Source: an uncultured Clostridia bacterium
Lineage (GTDB): Bacteria > Bacillota > Clostridia > Christensenellales > UBA1242
Direction: 5' to 3'
Length of the DNA stretch: 64,000 nt
NCBI GenBank assembly: GCA_937896905.1
Contig: CALBOE010000010.1
Span: forward strand, 3,080 to 67,079
In this document: one piece after another, positions 9,658 through 19,150 of the stretch
Layout of the letters: each line of letters begins with the position of its first letter
Numbering within the stretch: position 1 is the first letter of the stretch
Notes under the pieces: model-generated
The model's database searches: none
Told to the model about the DNA's origin: nothing
The model's input: the letters and a program-made list of their open reading frames with translations, nothing else
Program-made: the position numbers and the translations under genes

Positions 9658-11244
9658 ATGGTAAAAATTAGTGTTAATAACCTTATTGCTTTATATAATG
9701 AATATTTAAATGACGGATCACGCACATCGTTCCAAGATTTTTGTTGGCAGAATAATTACTTGTCTGACCCTAATAGCTTCAATTTCCGTGCAGATTTGGC
9801 CATTGAAGGTGCATCTGAACTAGATTTTGACGAAGCAAATATCGAAGCAAAAACTCAAAAACTGGGCGAGTTTTTAAAATTTGCCGCAAATAATCACGCT
9901 AAAATTGACGGCGACATTTCTGGTGTTGTTAGAGGCATTATGATTACCGCACTAGATGCCGATGTTAAGTTTTCTTTAACCGAAAAAGAAGCAAAGGCGG
10001 CGTTAGACATCCCTAGCGTTATTCCTAAACACAAAATTCCTAAAACCAACAAGGTTTTGGCATTGCTAAAGAAAAATCGTGGCCCAATTATTGCAACCGT
10101 TGGCGGTTTGGCGGGTGCGGCAATTGCATCAGGCGCAAACACCTTATACGGAACTGCTATTACAGACAATGCCACCGCTTCTGCCCTATCTGTTGCATCT
10201 AAAGGCTTTGGTGTTGGCCTACTTGGAACCGTGGCAACTTTAATGGTGATTGACCATGCAACACGCTATTACTATGCTAAAACATATGGTGTTAAATCTA
10301 ATAACGACGAAGTTGTTTTAGGTGGCTCTGCAAAAAACAGCAAGGACATTGATAAATTAGGCTCAAAACTTCCTTTAAATAGATTAATTGAACTGTTAAA
10401 GCAAACCGACAATAAAATTACAGAATTAGCATCGTCTAACAAATTAGTAAACAAATTGCATGCAAAACTTTTAACAAAGATGAACAGAAACCGTTTGCAC
10501 GCACTAAGAGATTACGACTTACATACTAACGAAACCATGATGGCTTGCGAAACAATGGCTGACAAAACAAAATTGCACGCAGTTAGAACTCTTATTGCCG
10601 ACTATAAAGAAGATGCCAATGCTAAATATACCATTTTGGCAGAAAAAACCGGCAAACATTTGATTGCAGACATATTCTCTAGATGGCAACAAAGAATTAG
10701 CTTTATGAACAAGAATCCTGAAGCAGGCAAAAAAGCGGCGGCAAAAGCAACCAAAAAGATTAAAAAAGAAAATCACGAAACAAGACAAATTGCTCAAAAC
10801 GATTTGTTCCGCAACACAATGATGCTTATGTTAACCGGCAACTCCGAAGATTATCGTTCAATTTATATGCCAGAGCCATTAGAAAAGCCAGCAAAAAAAC
10901 CATCAACTAAAATTAATAAGTTTGGTATGATTATGCAAGGCGAAGTGGAAGTTATGCACATCATTGACACTCTTGGATATTTTGAATGTGCATCATTGTT
11001 TGAAGTTTCGGAAGACATGTTGAAAATGTTTGTAGACAAGGTTAAATACTACCACTCTTTAAACCCTCGCAGCAAAAGAGAAGCAAAACCTATTAATGTT
11101 GCAGGAATAAAGGACCCTGACTTTAAACAAGCATATTCAACAATATCTGCAAAAATGGCAGACAAAGAATTTAGAAAAACCATTGAAGCAAGAGTTGCAG
11201 AAGTTGAAGCAAGAAGTGAACAAGCCGAAGAAGCAAATGTTTAA
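9658..11244 (+). CDS. Hypothetical protein with a central Gly/Ala-rich hydrophobic hairpin and a Lys-rich C-terminal half
   Basis: 528-aa ORF with its own promoter, SD and terminator; two hydrophobic segments (IIATVGGLAGAAIASGA, GFGVGLLGTVATLMVI); no family recognised. Confidence 0.6.
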   Translation: MVKISVNNLIALYNEYLNDGSRTSFQDFCWQNNYLSDPNSFNFRADLAIEGASELDFDEANIEAKTQKLGEFLKFAANNHAKIDGDISGVVRGIMITALDADVKFSLTEKEAKAALDIPSVIPKHKIPKTNKVLALLKKNRGPIIATVGGLAGAAIASGANTLYGTAITDNATASALSVASKGFGVGLLGTVATLMVIDHATRYYYAKTYGVKSNNDEVVLGGSAKNSKDIDKLGSKLPLNRLIELLKQTDNKITELASSNKLVNKLHAKLLTKMNRNRLHALRDYDLHTNETMMACETMADKTKLHAVRTLIADYKEDANAKYTILAEKTGKHLIADIFSRWQQRISFMNKNPEAGKKAAAKATKKIKKENHETRQIAQNDLFRNTMMLMLTGNSEDYRSIYMPEPLEKPAKKPSTKINKFGMIMQGEVEVMHIIDTLGYFECASLFEVSEDMLKMFVDKVKYYHSLNPRSKREAKPINVAGIKDPDFKQAYSTISAKMADKEFRKTIEARVAEVEARSEQAEEANV

Positions 11245-11257
11245 TAAACAATAAAAA

Positions 11258-11282
11258 ATGGCACTGAAAAGTGCCATTTTTT
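11258..11282. terminator. Bidirectional terminator between the 528-aa gene and rubrerythrin
   Basis: ATGGCAC / GTGCCAT stem with a flanking A-run and T-run. Confidence 0.7.
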
Positions 11283-11286
11283 GTTT

Positions 11287-11826
11287 TTAATAGTTCTTTG
11301 CTTCCACTTCGAAGTATGCTTGTGGATGTGCACAAACTGGGCAAACTTTTGGCGCAGATTTGCCAACGTGTTTATGCCCACAATTACGGCAAACCCAAAC
11401 CACCGCTTCTTTTTTAATAAAACATTTTTTCTTTTGAACATTTTCAAGCAGTGCATTGTATCTTGCTTCGTGTTCAGCTTCGATTTTTGCAACACCTTCA
11501 AACATTTTTGCAATTGCTAAAAAACCTTCTTGTTTTGCAACTTTTGCAAAGTTTTTATACATATCTGTCCATTCATAGTTTTCGCCCATTGCAGCATCTT
11601 TTAAATTTTCCATTGTGCTTGGAACTTCGCCACCATGCAAAAGTTTAAACCACAATTTTGCGTGTTCCTTTTCGTTGTCTGCAGTTTCTGTGAAAATGGC
11701 AGCAATTTGTTCATACCCTTCTTTTTTTGCTTTGCTGGCATAATATGTATATTTATTTCTAGCTTGGCTTTCACCTGCAAAGGCAGCCATTAAATTTTGT
11801 TCTGTTTTACTTCCCTTTAATTCCAT
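11287..11826 (-). CDS. rbr: Rubrerythrin
   Basis: Ferritin-like diiron ExxH pairs ([26 protein letters not shown]) plus C-terminal rubredoxin CRNCG...CPVC. Confidence 0.9.
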   Translation of the reverse strand: MELKGSKTEQNLMAAFAGESQARNKYTYYASKAKKEGYEQIAAIFTETADNEKEHAKLWFKLLHGGEVPSTMENLKDAAMGENYEWTDMYKNFAKVAKQEGFLAIAKMFEGVAKIEAEHEARYNALLENVQKKKCFIKKEAVVWVCRNCGHKHVGKSAPKVCPVCAHPQAYFEVEAKNY

Positions 11827-11914
11827 TTTTTCCTCCTAATTACGAATAAGGTTTATTCTTTAACATTATAATTTAAATTTAGTTTGTTTGGCAAACAAAT
11901 TTTAATGTTTTTTG

Positions 11915-13201
11915 CTATTTTTTAAATTTATCTTTTTTCCTAATCAAACCTTTTTCTCTGCCATTTGCACTTGGAACGTAATATACTCTATCTTTAAGTT
12001 TGTTTGGCAGATATTGTTGATTTACATAGCCACCATAATTATGTGGATACTTGTATTGTGGCGGGTTATCCACTTCGTAATGATAATTTTTTAAGTGTTC
12101 TGGAATGTTATCGTCGAAGTTGTTTCTTGCGTCTTCTTTGGCTTTGCCCATGGCCTCTACAACGCTATTAGATTTCTCTGCCTCGCAAACATAAATTATT
12201 GCGTGAGCAAGCGGAATATCCCCTTCTGGGTGCCCCAAGTTTTTCATTGCATTCATTGCCACCATTGCAAGAAGAGCTGCATTACTATCTGCCATTCCAA
12301 CATCTTCACTTGCGTGAGCAATAAGTCGCCTGCAAATAAGCAGTGGATCGCAGCCTGCCTCAATCAATCTAAATGCATAGTATAAGGCTGCATCAGTGTC
12401 GCTTCCCCTTAAACTTTTGCAAAATGCACTTAACATATTGTAATACAAATTTTCGTCAACCGAAAGAACTGGTTGTTGAATACACTGCCCTGCCACAGTT
12501 TTATCTATGTGTATATATCCATCTTTATTTGGTTTTGTGGTGGTTACGGCAAGTTCTAGTGCATTATAGGCAGACCGCAAATCTCCATTGCAAAAGCTTG
12601 CAAAATGGTTTAATGCCTCTACTTCCAACTTCACTTTAAGTTTTCCAAAACCTTTTGCTTCGTCTTTAACCGCTTTAATTAATGCATCTTTAATGTCCTC
12701 CGCAGTTAAAGGGGCAAATTTAAAAACTCTGCAACGGCTTACAATAGCAGGCGTCATACTTATGTGCGGATTTTCGGTGGTTGTTCCAATAAATGTTATA
12801 TAGCCACGTTCTATTGCCTCCAACACGCAATCACTTTGCGCCTTGCTCCAACGGTGGCATTCGTCTAAAATTAAAATGGTGCTTTTGCCTGTTAGTTCAA
12901 AGTTTTGTTTTGCCTGCTCTATAACTTTTTTTGCATCAGCAACACCACTGCTAACCGCATTTAATTTAACATATTCAAGGTTAAGGGAACCCGCCACAAT
13001 ATATGCTAAAGTTGTTTTGCCAACTCCTGGCGGACCATAAAATATGCAACTTCCCAAACGGTTTGCTTGCAACGCACGCCTAATTAAACTATCCTTTCCA
13101 ACAATATGTGCCTGCCCAACAAAATTGTTTAAAGTTGTTGCTCGCATTTTTTCTGCCAGCGGGACACTAACAAAATCTAAATCTTCACTAATTTTTTTCA
13201 T
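11915..13201 (-). CDS. rarA: Replication-associated recombination protein A (MgsA/RarA AAA+ ATPase)
   Basis: Walker A GPPGVGKTT, Walker B ILILDECHRW, conserved C-terminal HNYGGYVNQQYLP; start moved to ATG 13201 (see the leaderless finding). Confidence 0.85.
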   Translation of the reverse strand: MKKISEDLDFVSVPLAEKMRATTLNNFVGQAHIVGKDSLIRRALQANRLGSCIFYGPPGVGKTTLAYIVAGSLNLEYVKLNAVSSGVADAKKVIEQAKQNFELTGKSTILILDECHRWSKAQSDCVLEAIERGYITFIGTTTENPHISMTPAIVSRCRVFKFAPLTAEDIKDALIKAVKDEAKGFGKLKVKLEVEALNHFASFCNGDLRSAYNALELAVTTTKPNKDGYIHIDKTVAGQCIQQPVLSVDENLYYNMLSAFCKSLRGSDTDAALYYAFRLIEAGCDPLLICRRLIAHASEDVGMADSNAALLAMVAMNAMKNLGHPEGDIPLAHAIIYVCEAEKSNSVVEAMGKAKEDARNNFDDNIPEHLKNYHYEVDNPPQYKYPHNYGGYVNQQYLPNKLKDRVYYVPSANGREKGLIRKKDKFKK

Positions 13202-13288
13202 AAGCATATTATAACATATCATTTGGAATTTTGTATATAGTAAATTGAAATTTATTAAGAAAACACAACAAATATGTTCAACCTAAGT

Positions 13289-13864
13289 TTAACAATTAAC
13301 TTTAACTCGTTTTTTCTTACCATTTTTTGAATATTCAATCACAAAAGGCAGATGATAGTTGTTTTGGCAGATTTGCAGTTTGCCATTTGAAAAATTAACT
13401 TTTAATATGTTTTTAATAATATGCAAATATCTTTTTAATTCAACACATTCGTTAATCGAAAATATGTTCAGCAAAATATTTTGAAGTGCTTTTTGTTTTA
13501 TTGAATTTAAATTAAATTTGTTAGAAGTGATGTTTAAACTGAAATAGTTGTAAAATTTTTCGCAGTTTACACACATTTTGCAGTTGCCCAGTGCAGTAAA
13601 ATATAAAAAATTATCTTTAACAAAACTTTTGCCAACATTCTGCAAAACAATTCGCTTACCATTATAATTTAGATATATATTCTTATCCATTTCAAGCACA
13701 TTTGCGTTGTTAATTTTAATTCTATGCTGACTGAAAGATGAAAAAATAATTCCATTTTTAGTTAATGTTAAAAACGGAAAAGGTTTGTATTTATATCTTT
13801 TTTTTAATAAAATTTTAGAAAAAACTAAAAAAGTTATTAAATAAACAATAAAAAACAGCCACAT
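13289..13864 (-). CDS. Hypothetical N-terminally anchored membrane protein
   Basis: ORF trimmed to MWLFFIVYLITFLVF... (ATG 13864), because the longer ORF-track version runs through the gap promoter and start. Confidence 0.4.
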   Translation of the reverse strand: MWLFFIVYLITFLVFSKILLKKRYKYKPFPFLTLTKNGIIFSSFSQHRIKINNANVLEMDKNIYLNYNGKRIVLQNVGKSFVKDNFLYFTALGNCKMCVNCEKFYNYFSLNITSNKFNLNSIKQKALQNILLNIFSINECVELKRYLHIIKNILKVNFSNGKLQICQNNYHLPFVIEYSKNGKKKRVKVNC

Positions 13865-13904
13865 AGTAATATTTTTTGCCAAATAAACAAAAATTAAAAT
13901 ATGT

Positions 13905-13933
13905 TTGACAATTAATTTATACTGTAATAAAAT
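13905..13933 (+). promoter_or_regulatory. Promoter for gap (TTGACA-17 nt-TAAAAT)
   Basis: TTGACA 13905-13910, TAAAAT 13928-13933, SD AGGGGGA before ATG 13952. Confidence 0.6.
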
Positions 13934-13951
13934 GTAACCATAGGGGGAAAT

Positions 13952-14977
13952 ATGAAAATTAAAATTGGTATTAATGGCTTTGGCAGAATTGGGCGCCTTA
14001 TTATGCGTGCAAGTGTTTGCAGACCAGACATTGAAATTGTTGCGGTTAACGACCCATTTATAACGCCGGATTATGCTTGCTATATGTATAAGTACGACAC
14101 CGTTCATGGAATTGCAAACAGCGAATTGAAACTAACTCCAAATGGTTTAAAATTAAACCGCAAACCGGTTGCATTCTTCACCGAATATGAGCCTGAAAAT
14201 ATAGATTGGGCAAGCGTTGGTGCGGAATATATTATTGATTGCTCTGGCAAGTTTACAAAGGCAGAAGACGCTGCTAAACATTTGCAAGGTGGAGCTAAAA
14301 AGGTTATTATAAGCGCACCAGGCAAAAACTGCCCTACCTTTGTTATGGGCGTTAACGAACAAAACTACACCAGCGACATGAACGTTGTTTCTAATGGAAG
14401 TTGCACAACCAACTGCCTTGGGCCTTTGGTTAGAGTTTTAGATGACGTTTACGGAATTGAGGAAGGTCTTATGAGCACCATTCACTCCACCACTGCAAGC
14501 CAAATGACGGTTGATGGAGTTTCTAAAAAAGATTGGCGTGGAGGACGTGCTGCAAGCGTTAACATAATTCCAAGTTCAACAGGTGCAGCAAAAGCGGTTG
14601 GAGCGTTGCTACCTCACCTAAAAGGAAAAATTACTGGTATGAGTTTTAGAGTTCCAACTGTGAACATCAGTTGTGTGGATTTCACCGTTAAACTAAAAAA
14701 GCCAACAACGTATGAACACATTTGCAAAACTTTTAAAAAATATAGTAAGGATATTATTCCTAACGTTTTGGAATACACCGACGAACCATTGGTTTCTAGC
14801 GATTTTATTGGCAATCCTCACACCTGCGTGTTTGATGCAAATGCTGGCATTATGCTTAGCCCAACCTTTGTTAAGGTTGTTGCTTGGTACGATAACGAAT
14901 GGGCATATTCTTGCAAATGCCTAGACCTTGCTAAAGAAATGTTTAAAAAGGACAATGCAAAAGCAAACAGCAAATAA
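13952..14977 (+). CDS. gap: Glyceraldehyde-3-phosphate dehydrogenase
   Basis: NGFGRIGR Rossmann start and active site SCTTNCL. Confidence 0.95.
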   Translation: MKIKIGINGFGRIGRLIMRASVCRPDIEIVAVNDPFITPDYACYMYKYDTVHGIANSELKLTPNGLKLNRKPVAFFTEYEPENIDWASVGAEYIIDCSGKFTKAEDAAKHLQGGAKKVIISAPGKNCPTFVMGVNEQNYTSDMNVVSNGSCTTNCLGPLVRVLDDVYGIEEGLMSTIHSTTASQMTVDGVSKKDWRGGRAASVNIIPSSTGAAKAVGALLPHLKGKITGMSFRVPTVNISCVDFTVKLKKPTTYEHICKTFKKYSKDIIPNVLEYTDEPLVSSDFIGNPHTCVFDANAGIMLSPTFVKVVAWYDNEWAYSCKCLDLAKEMFKKDNAKANSK

Positions 14978-15023
14978 GAGATTATAAATAAAGGCTAACA
15001 CTTTTGAAAAAGCAAAATAAAAG

Positions 15024-15053
15024 AAGAGTATAGAAAAAAATCTATACTCTTTT
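15024..15053. terminator. Bidirectional terminator between gap and the XRE gene
   Basis: AAGAGTATAG / CTATACTCTT 10-bp stem. Confidence 0.6.
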
Positions 15054-15054
15054 A

Positions 15055-15666
15055 TTATTTAATTATTTTCTTTTGCCAAGATTTTTGTTTGCATTTTGGG
15101 CATTTCATTTTTCTTGTTCTGTTTACGTGTGGAGCCCACAAAACCTGATTAAATGTTGGAATGTGTTTGTGTTTACATTTTTCACATTGATAATATCCCG
15201 CTTTTTGTTCAATTCTTATTGCTATTAAACACATTGTTATAACGCTTAAAACAGCAACAACAATCATTATTGTGGGAATGGCAACCAACCCTTTTTCAAA
15301 TAAGAATGTTGATAGAAAAATTATAGTAAATGCCGGCAACATAACGCAAAAAGATGCAATAATCTCAACAGTTAGCAATAACTTATCCTTTTCTTCTTTT
15401 ACCTTTTGCAATTCTAAAAGTTTTTCTTCTGCTTTGTTTGAATAATCTTCTTTTAAAATTCGTTCGCCGTTTAACAGTTCATTTATAGTGCACTCAAAAA
15501 TCTTGCAAAGTTTAGGAAGTGTGTTCGTGTCTGGAATGCCGTTCCCGTTTTCCCATTTCGAAATTGTTTTTTCACTAACAAAAACTTTTTCTGCAAGTTT
15601 TGCTTGTGTTAATTTTTTTAATTTTCTCTCGTTTGAAATAAATTCTCCAATTTTATTGTAATCCAT
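15055..15666 (-). CDS. Membrane-tethered XRE-family HTH protein with C-terminal zinc ribbon
   Basis: N-terminal HTH_3 pattern (LTQAKLAEKVFVSEKTISKWENG), two TM helices, CEKC...CPKC. Confidence 0.7.
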   Translation of the reverse strand: MDYNKIGEFISNERKLKKLTQAKLAEKVFVSEKTISKWENGNGIPDTNTLPKLCKIFECTINELLNGERILKEDYSNKAEEKLLELQKVKEEKDKLLLTVEIIASFCVMLPAFTIIFLSTFLFEKGLVAIPTIMIVVAVLSVITMCLIAIRIEQKAGYYQCEKCKHKHIPTFNQVLWAPHVNRTRKMKCPKCKQKSWQKKIIK

Positions 15667-15934
15667 TTACACTCCCCCTTTATTGCATGAAACCATTATA
15701 GCATATAAATTTTAATTTTTACATTGATATGATTAATAAAAACTCTATAATTATTCCTATTTATATAACTTTACATTAAAAACCAAAAAATATCTTAAAT
15801 TTAGTTGTTGCCTTATGCTAGTTACAGCCATATATAATTCGCGGTGTTGTTTGTATTTTTTGTTGACAAATCAGTTGCATAAAAGTATAATTGGTATGAA
15901 TAGTATAACTTGTTATACATAAGGGAGTGCGATT

Positions 15935-16144
15935 ATGGAAAAAAATAAAGTTGATAAAAATAAATTTGTTGGAATTTGCAAAGTTGGCGAAAAAGGACAA
16001 ATTGTTATTCCAAAAGAAATAAGAAATATGTTCGACATAAAATCTGGCGATTCCATTATTGTTCTTTGCGACAGAGAAAAAGGCATTGCCCTATTAAAAG
16101 CAGATGTAATTGAAAATTTAACAGATAAAGTTTTAAAACAATAA
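15935..16144 (+). CDS. AbrB/SpoVT-family DNA-binding protein
   Basis: 69 aa; KGQIVIPKEIRNMFDIKSGD swapped-hairpin motif. Confidence 0.75.
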   Translation: MEKNKVDKNKFVGICKVGEKGQIVIPKEIRNMFDIKSGDSIIVLCDREKGIALLKADVIENLTDKVLKQ

Positions 16145-16155
16145 GGGGGTATTAT

Positions 16156-16875
16156 ATGAATATAATAACCATTGATGGTGTTTGCAAAAATTATAAATCT
16201 AAAAAAGCACTAGACAACGTTTCTTTAACAATCAAGCAAGGTGAATTGTTTGGACTTTTAGGTGTAAATGGCGCTGGAAAAACAACTCTAATTAAGATAC
16301 TTTGTGGTTTAACAAGAAAAACAAGCGGAACAATATTAATCAATAATTTTAATTTAGATAGAGATATTGATAAAATAAAAGAAATTGTAGACATATCCCC
16401 ACAAGAAACATCTGTTGCAACCAATTTAACAGTCAAAGAAAATTTAGAGTTTTTTGCAAATATCTATAATAAGAATAACAAAGACACAATAAATGAAATA
16501 GTTGATATTTTTAATTTAAATGAAGTGTTAAATCAACGAGCAAAGACATTGTCTGGTGGCTACAAAAGAAGATTATCTATTGCAATAGCCCTTATTTCAA
16601 AACCAAAAATTTTGTTCCTTGATGAACCAACACTTGGTTTAGATGTTTTTGCTAGGCGAGAACTTTGGAAGATTATAAAAAAACTGCAAAAAAGCATCAC
16701 AATTATTCTTACCTCGCACTATTTAGAAGAAATTGAGAATTTGTGTGATAGAGTTGCAATTTTATCAAAAGGTAAATTATTGCAAATAGGAACAATCGAA
16801 GAAATAAAACAAATAACTAACTCGGCAAATTTTGAAGATGCTTTTATAAAGTTGGTGGAGGCAGAAAATGAATAA
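16156..16875 (+). CDS. ABC transporter ATP-binding protein (ABC-2 exporter type)
   Basis: Walker A GVNGAGKTT, signature LSGGYKRR, Walker B ILFLDEP. Confidence 0.9.
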   Translation: MNIITIDGVCKNYKSKKALDNVSLTIKQGELFGLLGVNGAGKTTLIKILCGLTRKTSGTILINNFNLDRDIDKIKEIVDISPQETSVATNLTVKENLEFFANIYNKNNKDTINEIVDIFNLNEVLNQRAKTLSGGYKRRLSIAIALISKPKILFLDEPTLGLDVFARRELWKIIKKLQKSITIILTSHYLEEIENLCDRVAILSKGKLLQIGTIEEIKQITNSANFEDAFIKLVEAENE

Positions 16876-17650
16876 GGTTATAAATTTTTATAAAAGAAAT
16901 TTAAAAGAAGTTTTAAGAGACCCTATTATATATATTTTTTGTTTAGGTTTTCCTGTTGTAATGTTTTTGATGTTTTTTGTAATAAATAAATTTACAAATG
17001 GCAACACACCTATGTTTGAAATATCTTCATTAATGCCCGGAATAATTGTGTTCTCTTATTCTTTTGTTATGCTAACACTTGCTCTTGTTGTTTCAAAAGA
17101 TAAACAAACATTTTTCTTAAAAAGATTATATACTTCCCCAATGAAATCCTACCATTTTATTTTAGGCTACTTCCTTGTGGGATTGTTTATAGGATTATTA
17201 CAAACAATGGTATGCATTGTTGCAGGATTTATAATTTCATTAATATCTAATGTTGGATTTATATCCATTGGAAAAATTTGTCTTTTAATTATCTCTCAAT
17301 TGCCCATTCTAATTACCAACATATTTTTAGGCATATTATTTGGAACAATCTTTAACGACAAATCAGCACCAGGCATTTGTTCTGTGTTTATAAGTTTAGC
17401 TGGTATATTAGGTGGTTGTTGGATGCCGCTTGAAACCATGGGTGGTTTTGAAGCTTTTTGTACACTCCTACCATTTTACCCTTCCGTTTATATTGGCAGA
17501 ATAATAACAGGCGCTACAAATGCACTGGGAAATGCTTACACATTTAATAATGTTGCTAGCTTGGGTTTAATTCCTATAAGTTTACTTATGATTAGCGGTA
17601 TAATCTTTACAATTGTTGCCTTTAAGAAAAATATGGTAAGCGATAAATAA
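16868..17650 (+). CDS. ABC-2 type transporter permease
   Basis: 260-aa protein with six hydrophobic segments, overlapping the ATPase gene by 8 nt. Confidence 0.75.
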   Translation: MNKVINFYKRNLKEVLRDPIIYIFCLGFPVVMFLMFFVINKFTNGNTPMFEISSLMPGIIVFSYSFVMLTLALVVSKDKQTFFLKRLYTSPMKSYHFILGYFLVGLFIGLLQTMVCIVAGFIISLISNVGFISIGKICLLIISQLPILITNIFLGILFGTIFNDKSAPGICSVFISLAGILGGCWMPLETMGGFEAFCTLLPFYPSVYIGRIITGATNALGNAYTFNNVASLGLIPISLLMISGIIFTIVAFKKNMVSDK

Positions 17651-17659
17651 ATTTTAAAA

Positions 17660-17690
17660 ATTGGCGAGGTACTTAACTCGCCAATTTTTT
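17660..17690. terminator. Bidirectional terminator between the ABC permease and the MFS gene
   Basis: ATTGGCGAG / CTCGCCAAT 9-bp stem with a T-run. Confidence 0.7.
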
Positions 17691-17696
17691 CTACTT

Positions 17697-19022
17697 CTAG
17701 GTGTAGTCGTCTTCTGTATATTCACGCTTAACAATGGTATATTTTTCGGCATATTTTTTGCAAAGTTCCCTAATGAACAAAATTAAACTAACAAGCAAAG
17801 GTATTCCCATAATTGCAATGTAAATTAACATAGAATAACCATAATTACCATTTGTTAATGTGAACAAATAAGATAATATTAATGCACCCAAACTATGCCC
17901 CAAATATTCGGCAGTGCTTCTTGTTGCATATAATGTTTCTAAATTTTCCTTTTTGCCGCACACCTCTATGTAGCCATTTAAAAATATTCCAGCAGGTGGG
18001 CGAATTGCACACATAATTGAAGATAAGATAATTGTTAATATAACCGTTGCAAGATTGAATGGCGCAAAAATGTAAATCAACCCGCAAGCAACCATGGCCA
18101 CAACAGCCACAATATAAAATAATATTAGTGTTCTAACGCCAAATTTTAGGTTGAATTTAAATTGAAATTTATTTGAAAAGGCAATAACAATTCTGCTTAG
18201 CGCATAAATATATCCAAACGTCCAAAGTGGCAAAATCCCCGCATCGGTTGCTTCTTGCAAATAAATTCTAAACATAGATGTTGCAACGCCCAAAGTTCCC
18301 CTTAACATAAATGCAAACAAAATTAAATAAACTGCAAAAAGTGAAATTTTTTTAATTTTTTTCGATTTGGATTTGCTAGACACTTTCTTACTTTCAGCCG
18401 GAACATTTGCATCGATTTTTATGTTGCTTTCTTGAAATTTTGCAGGTTCCTTAAATAAGAATGTGTAAAGGATTGTTAACACAATTACTGCAGCGGCAAG
18501 CCAAAAAACCATATATGGGTTCCAGCTAAATATGTATGTTGCAAGAATGGCACCAACCGCTTCTAAAACATAATATATTGCCAAACCTTTCCCGTAAATT
18601 TTTTGATATTCCTTGCCTCGTTTAAGCATTTTAAGGGGTTCGGTTAGAATAAAATTACCCTTAACAATACCCGCAGCAAAACCAAAACCCAAACAAACAT
18701 TAGCAATCACCAAGCCCACATAGGTTTTAGCAAAAATGGCAATTAAAATAAATGCCAAATACCCAAGCAAACTGAAACGCAACGTGTTAATTGGCGACAC
18801 CTTTTTAAAAAGTTTTAACACCACAAAACAAGAGAGGCACGAACTTAACATTAAAACGCTATCCAACGCCGTAACTTGTGCATAAGTTAGCCCCTTAACC
18901 TGCGTGTAGAAAAGCGTGCTTATTGCCCACACAAAAAGAACGTCCCAAGTTAATGCAAGCAACGTTGGGTAAAGCTTTACGTTCCTATTCATATAAAACT
19001 GCATTCTTTCTTCGTTACTCAT
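17697..19022 (-). CDS. MFS-type transporter
   Basis: 441 aa; about 12 hydrophobic segments with a central Lys-rich loop. Confidence 0.6.
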   Translation of the reverse strand: MSNEERMQFYMNRNVKLYPTLLALTWDVLFVWAISTLFYTQVKGLTYAQVTALDSVLMLSSCLSCFVVLKLFKKVSPINTLRFSLLGYLAFILIAIFAKTYVGLVIANVCLGFGFAAGIVKGNFILTEPLKMLKRGKEYQKIYGKGLAIYYVLEAVGAILATYIFSWNPYMVFWLAAAVIVLTILYTFLFKEPAKFQESNIKIDANVPAESKKVSSKSKSKKIKKISLFAVYLILFAFMLRGTLGVATSMFRIYLQEATDAGILPLWTFGYIYALSRIVIAFSNKFQFKFNLKFGVRTLILFYIVAVVAMVACGLIYIFAPFNLATVILTIILSSIMCAIRPPAGIFLNGYIEVCGKKENLETLYATRSTAEYLGHSLGALILSYLFTLTNGNYGYSMLIYIAIMGIPLLVSLILFIRELCKKYAEKYTIVKREYTEDDYT

Positions 19023-19120
19023 TTCTATTAGTTTAATTCAAAAAATTAAAAACAACAAACATTTTTAGTTGTTTTTCATTTTTTTACACTATTTTCTTTC
19101 ATTTTTATATTTTTTTAAAA

Positions 19121-19150
19121 GAAAAAATGCAAAGTTTTAATCCTTTGCAT
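19121..19150 (-). terminator. polA terminator overlapping its stop codon
   Basis: ATGCAAAG / CTTTGCAT 8-bp stem, T-run on the minus strand. Confidence 0.55.

Noticed and set aside
11241-11520. ORFs of 79-90 aa overlapping the rubrerythrin 3' region on both strands
   Set aside because: They overlap a confidently identified rubrerythrin CDS and the bidirectional terminator, and have no independent signals.
13865-14107. N-terminal 81-aa extension of the 272-aa minus-strand ORF
   Set aside because: It overlaps the gap promoter, SD and first 50 codons of gap on the opposite strand. The internal ATG at 13864 begins a plausible TM anchor.
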